DNA of 64,000 bases from Bacteroidota bacterium (GTDB taxonomy: Bacteria; Bacteroidota; Ignavibacteria; UBA10030; UBA6906): NCBI GenBank assembly GCA_017860635.1, contig JAGDMK010000001.1:15727-79726 (forward strand), given 5' to 3'. The notes below the pieces were generated by a model. That model saw only the letters and a list, made by a program, of their open reading frames with translations, did not search any database and was not told the DNA's origin. A program made the position numbers and the translations under genes. Each line of letters begins with the position of its first letter. Position 1 is the stretch's first letter. Shown here in pieces: positions 29,001 through 36,972 of this stretch.

Positions 29001-29277
29001 TATCGTCAAACACTCTGCGGCCACGGAAGTCTCGATCTCTGTCAGGTGCATGAAAGGCGACCTGGAAATTCTTGTCTCAGACAATGGAAAAGGGTTTGTC
29101 CTCACTGACCGACTCGGGACAGGAAATGGCTTGAGCAGCATGCACAAGCGGATCGCTGATATGGGCGGGACTCTCAGGATAGATTCCACACCCGGTCGTG
29201 GGACACTGGTTGCAGTTCAAGCGACATTGGCAACCCATAGACCAACCGATTTACCTAATTCTAAGTATTGGATCTGA
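26089..29277 (+). CDS. Sensor histidine kinase with periplasmic beta-propeller (Reg_prop) and Y_Y_Y domains, HisKA_3 type
   Basis: EDxxGNLWxGTxxGGL repeats; YAYKLEGFD...YTNLDGGEYVFRVKG; TM helix; ERARISQDMHDEIG; DNGKG; GxGL. Confidence 0.93.
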   Translation: MLFPSLRSCWKLKVLQPVCVLLFSLQCIVFSAPRETIRFQHFGVEQGLPNSAVNWILLDGHGYLWVATVDGLGRYDGYRFQVYRNNSEDEASLSSNDVRTLFEDRSGNLWVGTNGGLNRFDWKTEKFRRYLYSAHDDNSISSDSITTIGEDGKGELWIGTKAAGLNTFNAHKNNFTRVVLDTSARTVGKKTLCDNRVRAIIRDHKGVLWIGTRGGWLHRLDPVTNEFDCYRSARTHTDVLDPDGVRALCEDHSGNIWLGTFEAGIKKFDPMTRKFETFIHRSGDPTSLSNNAVNQLLVDRTGDLWIATFNGGLDRRRWPERKFKHYVNNPKDPVTLSSDNVTSLCEDQSGTVWVGTAVGLDKYVAGMNIFRHFSHDPDDPKSLSNNFVASIKEDRSGNLWVATFGGGLNQFDPATGVFEHFLHSPRDAGSICSNYVTGLCVSRSGSLWIGTMGGGLDKLAPGSRKFQHYPKTRSDTRIRTIYEDGSGLLWYGTYSAGLKKFNPRTNQLTHFFQDPNNPHSVTSNVVWEFEVDTARKNEGLLWIAANHGFTRCDMKREKFQQFFPDTQYTSRSNNIMQTHQDHSGTLWLATLGGLWGFEPKTGAFEHFTSKDGLANDLVWNLEEDDHGRLWIATGSGLSRFDPRTKQFRNYDAGDGLQGIRFNYGCHSKLRSGELCFGSTDGFTMFHPDSVKENTHVPPIVIAGFRKFNKPVDIREAVGQSGAVELSYKENMFSFEFAALDFVRPEENQYAYKLEGFDKDWVYCGTRRSATYTNLDGGEYVFRVKGANNDGVWNEEGASMAVIITPPFWATWWFRIPAMIALLGIVGKTVRYVEKRKLMRRIEQLELEQALVNERARISQDMHDEIGSSLSEIAILGELARKKPEEAERYIQQISERAAEVIDSVSEIVWAMNPSYDTLDSLVARMRRDAVKYLGFANISCRFAAPDVVPSLPLRAELRRNLFLVVKEALHNIVKHSAATEVSISVRCMKGDLEILVSDNGKGFVLTDRLGTGNGLSSMHKRIADMGGTLRIDSTPGRGTLVAVQATLATHRPTDLPNSKYWI

Positions 29278-29302
29278 AAGCGTGTGTACGTATTCTCAAT
29301 CC

Positions 29303-29929
29303 ATGACTATCAAAGTCGCAATCGTTGAAGACAACAAGAAGATTCGGGAGGGTCTGGCAATACTCATTGACGGCTCGGAAGGATTTCAATGCTCTGCGGT
29401 GTACGACAGCGCGGAAGAAGCCTTGCGCCATCTCCCGTCATACAAGCCCGATGTAGTGTTGATGGACATCCAACTCCCAGGGATGTCTGGCATCGAGTGT
29501 GTCGCGAAACTCAAGGAGAAGAACCCGAATCTTCAGGTCATTATGCTAACGGTCTTTGAGGACGATGAGAAGGTGTTCAAGTCCATTGTTGCCGGGGCTA
29601 CGGGGTATATCCTCAAGAGGACGCCGGCGGCAGAATTGCTCGGAGCGATAAAGGAAGTCCATGAAGGCGGTTCCCCAATGTCTGACCAGATCGCCCGCAA
29701 AGTGGTGCAGGCTTTTCAGCAGATGGGAAAGTCTTCCAAGGAAACGGAGAATCTCACCGAGCGGGAGATGGAGATTCTCTCGTTCCTTGCCAAGGGATAC
29801 CAGGACCAGGAAATTGCTGACCAGTTCTTTATCAGTGTCAAGACAGTTCGAACCCACCTCAGAAACACCTACCAGAAGCTTCATGTCCGTTCCCGCACCC
29901 AGGCTGTGCTGAAGTATTTGCGGAAATAG
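29303..29929 (+). CDS. NarL/LuxR-family response regulator
   Basis: IVED, DVVLMDIQLP, GYILK receiver; LTEREMEIL...KTVRTH HTH. Confidence 0.95.
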   Translation: MTIKVAIVEDNKKIREGLAILIDGSEGFQCSAVYDSAEEALRHLPSYKPDVVLMDIQLPGMSGIECVAKLKEKNPNLQVIMLTVFEDDEKVFKSIVAGATGYILKRTPAAELLGAIKEVHEGGSPMSDQIARKVVQAFQQMGKSSKETENLTEREMEILSFLAKGYQDQEIADQFFISVKTVRTHLRNTYQKLHVRSRTQAVLKYLRK

Positions 29930-30562
29930 CCCGCTCTCTCTGGTCCATAGCTCCGGCACGTGAGCGATTCATTCAGCTTCTACTGTACGCACTTCTGCTG
30001 ATTTTTCTCCCCCTACGCACGCGTTTCATGAAGAGATTACTGAAAAAGGCCGATTTCCCTCGACGATGTGTAGCATTATATTGGGCTCCAGCAATTGTAC
30101 GGCTGGAGCCACCGTAAAGTCTCACGTTCACCTAATGCTTGTACTTCTCCAAATGCATTGCACTGCTGGGGCTTCTGCGGCAGGGAAACATACGTCAGAT
30201 CACGCCGGTGAAATCTGGTGCATGGTCAGCGGCATTCTGGTACCTACCCGGTGATGTGGGGGAAGGAGCGGCGGCGGTCGAGACACGGCGCGCGCGGGGC
30301 ATGCCCGTATTGGTTTGAGGTGGAAGGACTGTACCTGCAGATCAGACGGATGGCATTGCTCCCGTAGTCAGGCAGCAAACGGCACAGTGTCGTGACGGTG
30401 AAGAGAACGCTTCGGTACATTCAACCAGCGAAAGGTGATCAAGGAGGGGCTTTCTGAGGGCTGATGCTCAATGTGCCGCCTAGAGCATCTCAGACCGAGG
30501 GAACTTGTCACGAATTCCTTGGAGCAGTTGTTCAAAACCACATAAGCAATGAGGAGGTCATC

Positions 30563-32728
30563 ATGAGATTCAAACAGAAGTCAGCGTATGTGGCGTTTGG
30601 CGGTGTGTTCGTCATTGTCGGGTTCATGGGCATGGCTTCCATCAGTCTGGCGCAAGTTGACACTTGGACAGACAAAACCCCAATGCCCACCACAAGAACA
30701 TTGCCTGGTGGATGTGTCATTGATGGAAAAATCTACGTTGTCGGTGGCGCTCTGAATGAAACAGACCTGACAGCGGCTGTAGAAGTGTATGATCCAATCG
30801 GTAACACATGGACCAAGAAGGATACTCTGCCATCAAGGCTCTGTATTCATGCGACCTGCACATTCGAAGGCAAGATCTACGTATTTGGAGGTATCAGCCC
30901 CACTGTTCAGTCAACGGCTAAGAAGAGCGTCTATGTCTATGATCCAAGGATGGGCACTTGGACTCAGAAAGCTGATATGCCAAATGTCAATGCGTGGTGT
31001 GGTATAGCAGTTGTCGATAGCGCAATCTATCTCATTGGTGGATGTACCGTAGCGCCAGGTCCACCGAGTCAAACTGTAATGGCATATTATCCTCATATGC
31101 AATCGTGGACGTCGAAGGCAGATATGCCGACAGCTCGATTTGGCTTGTCCGCCTCCGTCGTGAATGGAAAGATCTATGCCATTGGAGGATGTGACGCCAG
31201 CTATCAGCCCTATAAAAACGTTGAGATGTACAATCCGGCAACGAATTCTTGGAGAGCCGTATCCGACATGCCGACGCAGCGCTTCGGTCTAGGTACTTGT
31301 GTGGTGGAAGGACAAATCTATGCTATTGGCGGTTGTTCAACGACGGGTGCATGTACAATCAATGAACTCTATGATCCTGCCACAAATACATGGACCACAA
31401 AATCTCCAATGCGGAAGGAACGGCTTGGACTCTTTGTGGGTTCGATCGGGAATAAGATCTATGCAATAGGTGGGTCGAATCCATACCCTCAGCCTACGAT
31501 GTTTTCTACGGTGGAGGAATATTTGGTCAAAGAAGACTTCTGGACAACGAAGACCAACATGCCTACCGCACGATACGGTCTATCCACCAGCGAGGTGAAT
31601 GGGAAGATCTATGCCATCGGCGGTGCAGCTGGTACGAGTATGACGACTCTTTCGACGGTGGAAGAGTACGACCCGGCCAGGGATATATGGACCACCAAAG
31701 CTCCGATGCCAACTCCCAGGTTCTTTCATTCCATGAGCGTGGTCAATGGGAAGATCTATGCCATCGGGGGCGCACCGCAGGCGAACCAACAAGTTCCGAC
31801 TGTGGAAGCGTACGACCCGGAGACGAATACGTGGACGACGAAAGCCGACATGCCAACCGCACGACACAGTCTATCCAGCAGTGTGGTGAATGGGAAGATC
31901 TATGCTATCGGGGGTGGCCGAGTTGGTACTTGGGATGTGTCAATCGTGGAAGAATTCGACCCGGCCACGGATAAATGGACAACGAAAGCCCCGATGCCAA
32001 CGCTAAGAGGCTCGCTTTCCACCAACGTGTTGGACGGAAAGATCTATGCAATCGGGGGTGGCTCTGGTACCATGGATGGGGCAGGTATTGGGATCGTGGA
32101 AGTGTACGACCCGGCCACGGATAAATGGACTGCGAAAGCCCCCATGCCAACGGCAAGAAAAGGCTTATCCACCAGCGTGGTAAACGGGAAGATCTATGCC
32201 TTTGGTGGCTATTCAGGGAGTGGAGTGAGCGCCCCAGTTATTTCGACCGTTGAAGTGTATAGCCCGACGACGGACTTCTGGACTAGGTTAGCCGAGATGC
32301 CGACGGCACGGGGCTTGCTTTCGACCAGCGTGGTGAACGGCAAGGTCTATCTCATTGGGGGGTCCGTGGCGCGGGGCTACCCTTGGGTAGCTTGTTCAAC
32401 AGTGGAGGAATATACCCTCCAGACAACAAGCGTAAAGGTAGAATCCAGGGCAACGATTGTACCGTTACAATACGCACTTTTGCAGAACTACCCCAACCCC
32501 TTCAATCCGAGCACAACAATCACGTACCAGTTGCCGGTGTCAACGGGAGTCAGATTGAGTGTGTTCGATGTACTGGGTCGGGAAGTATCCGTGCTGGTGA
32601 ATGAGAGAAGGGAGGCAGGTGTTCATGAAGTCAAGTGTGAGGGTTCGAATCTTGCAAGTGGCGTATATTTCTACCGACTGCAAGCTGGAGGTTTTGTGCA
32701 GACGAAGAAACTGGTTCTGAGCAAGTGA
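30563..32728 (+). CDS. Secreted double Kelch beta-propeller with T9SS sorting domain
   Basis: GAGGAGG RBS; about 12 MPTAR...VNGKIYAIGG...YDPATxxW repeats; sorting domain. Confidence 0.92.
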   Translation: MRFKQKSAYVAFGGVFVIVGFMGMASISLAQVDTWTDKTPMPTTRTLPGGCVIDGKIYVVGGALNETDLTAAVEVYDPIGNTWTKKDTLPSRLCIHATCTFEGKIYVFGGISPTVQSTAKKSVYVYDPRMGTWTQKADMPNVNAWCGIAVVDSAIYLIGGCTVAPGPPSQTVMAYYPHMQSWTSKADMPTARFGLSASVVNGKIYAIGGCDASYQPYKNVEMYNPATNSWRAVSDMPTQRFGLGTCVVEGQIYAIGGCSTTGACTINELYDPATNTWTTKSPMRKERLGLFVGSIGNKIYAIGGSNPYPQPTMFSTVEEYLVKEDFWTTKTNMPTARYGLSTSEVNGKIYAIGGAAGTSMTTLSTVEEYDPARDIWTTKAPMPTPRFFHSMSVVNGKIYAIGGAPQANQQVPTVEAYDPETNTWTTKADMPTARHSLSSSVVNGKIYAIGGGRVGTWDVSIVEEFDPATDKWTTKAPMPTLRGSLSTNVLDGKIYAIGGGSGTMDGAGIGIVEVYDPATDKWTAKAPMPTARKGLSTSVVNGKIYAFGGYSGSGVSAPVISTVEVYSPTTDFWTRLAEMPTARGLLSTSVVNGKVYLIGGSVARGYPWVACSTVEEYTLQTTSVKVESRATIVPLQYALLQNYPNPFNPSTTITYQLPVSTGVRLSVFDVLGREVSVLVNERREAGVHEVKCEGSNLASGVYFYRLQAGGFVQTKKLVLSK

Positions 32729-33122
32729 AAGTCGCCGCGATACATGCGACTCCTGCAATTCGATCACAGGTGTTTCCGGAGCCGGAAGTAGTTCCGGCTT
32801 CGCTATTTATGTGACCAGTGCTGTTCGAGAACCTCGAAAACCGATGGTCTGCAATTCGTAGACCAATACTCGGCTTGGTCCAAGAAAAGTCTCGTGCTCA
32901 AACATTCGAGTTCGGGAATCGCTCAATGTCCACAAGGGCTTCCTCACTTTCGAATCTTGAGGCTGAATCGCCACTACTGTTCAATTCAGCAGGAATCCTC
33001 CCTACCTGACGGCAGGCAGGGATTTTCCGTATTCCATCTTCATTCAGCCCTGACCCCAGACGGGGTTCTTTCTTCTTCAGGATCTGTTCATGGTTTGAGC
33101 CTGGCTGCAGCAAATCGACCGC

Positions 33123-33151
33123 TTGACATTGTAACAGAATGGCATTACTAT
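33123..33151 (+). promoter_or_regulatory. Sigma70-type promoter upstream of DoxX gene
   Basis: TTGACA-17-TACTAT. Confidence 0.55.
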
Positions 33152-33223
33152 TGCGACAGTCAATGCTGAGTGTGCCTTGCCAGCAGGCGTCCCAATCCAG
33201 GCAACACACCTGAAAGGAGTGCA

Positions 33224-33697
33224 ATGACTGCCCCCCACGGTGAACGAACACTTGCTTCCGACGCTACAGTTCTCATCCGTCTGCTTGTTGGATGCGTATT
33301 CCTTTCTGAGGGCATCCAGAAGTTTCTTTATCCGGCTGCGCTGGGCGCCGGCCGGTTTCTGCGGATCGGCTTTCCCTGGCCGGATGTCCTGGGGCCTGGT
33401 ATCGGAATAATTGAAATCATCGGAGGGGAACTCATCCTCCTGGGCCTGCTGACCCGGCCGACGGCGCTTGTGCTTCTGGTCAATATTTCCCTCGCAATCA
33501 TTTCAACAAAAATCCCGATTTTGCTTGGTCATGGTTTTTGGGGGTTCAAACTTCCGGAGCTCATGAGCTATGGATTCTGGAGCATGGCTCAGGAAGCGCG
33601 CACGGACCTGGCGATGTTCCTCTGCACCCTTTTTCTCGTTATTGCCGGGGCAGGTTCCTGGTCTCTTGACTCGTATCGACAGCGGCGACAAGAGTAG
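33224..33697 (+). CDS. DoxX family membrane protein
   Basis: LIRLLVG.VFLSEGIQKF; EI.GG.L.LLGLLTR; GAG.WSLD. Confidence 0.9.
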   Translation: MTAPHGERTLASDATVLIRLLVGCVFLSEGIQKFLYPAALGAGRFLRIGFPWPDVLGPGIGIIEIIGGELILLGLLTRPTALVLLVNISLAIISTKIPILLGHGFWGFKLPELMSYGFWSMAQEARTDLAMFLCTLFLVIAGAGSWSLDSYRQRRQE

Positions 33698-33731
33698 TGA
33701 AATGTGAATGCCACAACTTCCATCTCCAGCT

Positions 33732-33757
33732 AGCCCCGCCCCCAGGCGGGGTTCTTT
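33732..33757 (+). terminator. Probable intrinsic terminator
   Basis: AGCCCCGCC-ccca-GGCGGGGTT followed by CTTT. Confidence 0.6.
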
Positions 33758-33842
33758 GTATCCCAACACGCGCTTGCTCGCCGTTTGGAGCTTAATTGCG
33801 AGGTGACGCCAACGAGATGCTAAGATCCGGAGGAGTCGCACT

Positions 33843-36104
33843 ATGCTTACGTCTCAGTTTCTTTCCATCGTGCTCCGAGAGAAGATGGCTATCCACTTCA
33901 TCACTATCCTGGTTGCGGCTCTTATGATGGCAGGATGCCAGCATCCAGAGCCTGATGCGTACACGCTCCAGACACCTGCGCTGACGGTGACGATCGATCG
34001 GGACGGAGGAATCCGGCACATAGCCTACGCCGGTCCGGAGCAGGTGCGGCACGTCAGGTCGTTTACACGGTTATCCGACTGCGAACCGGCAGGCGATGTG
34101 GAAATCGCCCACAGCGACTCCCAATTCAGTTTTCGAAGGAAATGGATTTCAAGATCCACGGGGAATTCAGCCCTTGTGACTGATTGCTTCAGCAAGGGGA
34201 ACGGCAGCATACGGTGGGAGGTGGAGGTTGCCGGCCTCGAAGGTCCATGGAGCACTCCGGTGGAAACGCATCTGGTCTATCCCGACAGCGTTTCGGCGAG
34301 GTTCTGGACGGCATGGGGGGACCCGAGGCTGGGCGGTATCCGAAGCCGGTCACCGGAACAACAGGCTTCTCTCGGCATTCTTGCCTCGGACGTAACCGGG
34401 AACTGGAGCGATCCGCTTCTTCCTATCCCGTTCGTAGACGACACCGTATGGTACGGCGCTCCTCCTTTTAGCTATGACAATCCACGGATCGGCTTCATCC
34501 CATTTCAGGGAAACCTGATGGGGATACCGTTGGTCACAGTCTCTGAAGAGCAAGGAGACAGGGGACTGAGCCTAATCCTTTCGCCGGCGGATACACTGCT
34601 CGAACTGAATCTCAGGGTAAGCTCCTCAGGTGAAATGGTCTTCAGCAGGGAGCATCATCGCATCTCATCTGCCGCGCCGGTTCGCCTCCGCATGGACCTC
34701 GTGGCTCATGAATCAGGATGGCGGGGCGGCCTGCGTTGGATGGCAGAGAACTACCCCGGCTTTTTCGATCCGAACATCCCTGAGGCGCACGAGATTGCCG
34801 GGACCGGCGCGTATTCGTCTCTCGAGAAGCCGTTCGACATTCAGAAGATGCGGAGAATGGCATTTGGCGTGAATTGGAAGGCGAGCTTCGACTTTCCGTA
34901 CATGGGGATGTTCATCCCGCCGGTGAAAGACGAGAATCAGCAGTGGGTACGTTACGGCGGCGGCACCACATCGATTGCGGCCATGCGGGACTACGCCGCA
35001 GGAATGCGATCACACGGCTTCCACGTTCTGAGCTACTTCAATATTACAGAATTCGGTGCTGAGGTGACCGATCCGGCACCGCGCCGCAAGGCAGACAGAG
35101 ATGAAGATCTCTGGAAGAATGCCGATGACTTCCTGTACTACAGACTTGCTGATGCAATCCTCCGCGTGTCCACTGCAGTCGCAAAAGACAAGCTCACGTT
35201 TGATCCGCGGGCGAGAGCCGGAGGTCCCTACTACACATGGGGGAACGGGATCGTCATGGATCCCGGCGAACCGGTCTACCAGGAGTTCCTGCTCGAACAG
35301 GCCCGGATACATATCACGTTCATCCCTGATGCAGAGGGTATTTGTATTGACAGGATGGATTGGCTCCGGTTGTACAACGAGGAGCGTGACGACAACCTGA
35401 GCTGGTTCAACAACCGGCCTACCCGCTCGCTGCTTGTATCATGGAAGAACCTTCTGGACCAGCTCGGTCCGATGATGCATGGATCGGGCAAAGCGATCTT
35501 TGTCAACAATCATGACAAACGGATTGACCTGCTCCGGCAGGTTGATGGTTTCTTTGATGAGTTCACGTACGGCGGATCTCCGTTGAACCTGACGGCGTTG
35601 ATGGGCGTCAGGAGACCCGTGCTCGGCTGGACCTCTGAGGAGAAGAACCTCCGGCCGGATCCGGATGCATTCTTCCAGCGCTACCTCCATCTTGGCGTTT
35701 TCCCGACAGCGCCATTTCCGGGCAACGACCATTCGCTTCAACCGTCCGCATGGGTCGACAGGCAGTATCTGGATTACGGTCCGCTCCTCAGCCTGATGAA
35801 AGGGAAGAAATGGGTCCTCGAGCCTCACTGTATTACGGTTGAGGGCCTGAAAGCAAAGGTGAACCTGTTCGAGGTGCCGGGAGGGTGGGTCGTCCCGGTG
35901 ACTTTCGGTCCTAAAGAAGGGACCGTCCCGGTGACTGTCCGCAATGTCCCTGGCATGACAGGTGATCTGAAGGCGTCTGCCATGTACCCCGGGAGCGACA
36001 CAATGGTTCCGGTAGCGATCACTGGTGCCGGCGACGCACTGCAGATGGTGGTCAGCACCAGAAGAGGATGCGCCATGGTGAAGCTCATGAAGGAAACACG
36101 ATGA
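33843..36104 (+). CDS. Hypothetical lipoprotein, possibly glycoside hydrolase-like
   Basis: 753 aa ORF; lipobox-like LMMAGC; MDPG...GICIDRMD resembles TIM-barrel glycosidases (weak). Confidence 0.6.
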   Translation: MLTSQFLSIVLREKMAIHFITILVAALMMAGCQHPEPDAYTLQTPALTVTIDRDGGIRHIAYAGPEQVRHVRSFTRLSDCEPAGDVEIAHSDSQFSFRRKWISRSTGNSALVTDCFSKGNGSIRWEVEVAGLEGPWSTPVETHLVYPDSVSARFWTAWGDPRLGGIRSRSPEQQASLGILASDVTGNWSDPLLPIPFVDDTVWYGAPPFSYDNPRIGFIPFQGNLMGIPLVTVSEEQGDRGLSLILSPADTLLELNLRVSSSGEMVFSREHHRISSAAPVRLRMDLVAHESGWRGGLRWMAENYPGFFDPNIPEAHEIAGTGAYSSLEKPFDIQKMRRMAFGVNWKASFDFPYMGMFIPPVKDENQQWVRYGGGTTSIAAMRDYAAGMRSHGFHVLSYFNITEFGAEVTDPAPRRKADRDEDLWKNADDFLYYRLADAILRVSTAVAKDKLTFDPRARAGGPYYTWGNGIVMDPGEPVYQEFLLEQARIHITFIPDAEGICIDRMDWLRLYNEERDDNLSWFNNRPTRSLLVSWKNLLDQLGPMMHGSGKAIFVNNHDKRIDLLRQVDGFFDEFTYGGSPLNLTALMGVRRPVLGWTSEEKNLRPDPDAFFQRYLHLGVFPTAPFPGNDHSLQPSAWVDRQYLDYGPLLSLMKGKKWVLEPHCITVEGLKAKVNLFEVPGGWVVPVTFGPKEGTVPVTVRNVPGMTGDLKASAMYPGSDTMVPVAITGAGDALQMVVSTRRGCAMVKLMKETR

Positions 36105-36218
36105 ACGTCAGGAAACCGGGAATTCCGTCTTGTGACAAAATCGTGACAAAAACGAATTCCGGGCTACGTAGATTCTGACAGTCCAGCGGATTTAACAGAC
36201 TTCACGAAAGGGCGTCTC

Positions 36219-36656
36219 ATGTCGCGCAGCAAGAAGCTCATCGTTGTTCTCCTTCTCACTGGCCCGCTTATTGCGGTATCCTCTATAGCTGGCCAGCCGG
36301 CTCAGGAAGAACATGAGGAGTTCTACAAGATCATCCGGACGGTCAAGGATATCCTCCTTGGGCAGAATACAGAGCAGGCGAAAGCCAGCATCGCGCCGGG
36401 AGCACAGCTCATCTGGGGAGCGAAGTTTGTAGACCTCGGAGATGTAGTAGCGGGGAAGAACACAACATGCGCTCTCGCAGATACTTCATTTCACGGGGTC
36501 ATGATTCAGGGCCGGACAAATGAGACAGAGGATATGGGGTGGGTTGTACTCAAGACGCGACAGTCCGACACGACCAGAGTGAGGTTCCACTCCGTTGTAT
36601 TCCTGAAAGACTCTACCGGGCGATACAGGATCCATCACTGGCACAGCGGGATCTAG
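36219..36656 (+). CDS. Hypothetical exported protein
   Basis: Signal peptide; 145 aa; C-terminal YRIHHWHS reminiscent of NTF2-like folds (weak). Confidence 0.65.
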   Translation: MSRSKKLIVVLLLTGPLIAVSSIAGQPAQEEHEEFYKIIRTVKDILLGQNTEQAKASIAPGAQLIWGAKFVDLGDVVAGKNTTCALADTSFHGVMIQGRTNETEDMGWVVLKTRQSDTTRVRFHSVVFLKDSTGRYRIHHWHSGI

Positions 36657-36972
36657 AAGCAATTGTGTGATCTCTAAGTTTCACTAGAGGCATGAAGCTG
36701 GCTGCCAAGCCGTCGATGAGCCCGGACCTCCTGGATGCCAATTCCATTCGCTCCCTCTGTGTTGATAGCCCTCCTGTGATTTAATTAGCGTTCGCGAGAT
36801 GATCCCCAGCGTCGAATCAAAGCCCAACCGGCAAGCAATGGCGGGCGAACACCATTAAAAGAAATTAATCAACTAAACGAAGATATCGGAACTTTCGTAC
36901 ATATCGTCGCGTTAAGGGGGTATGATTCAACAGTCCATTCAAAATCCCCCACAAACTCTAACGGAGGTTCCG

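Noticed and set aside
1560..32728. Diversity-generating retroelement suggested by repeated 3' gene ends
   Set aside because: No reverse transcriptase or non-coding template repeat seen; differences are not confined to adenines
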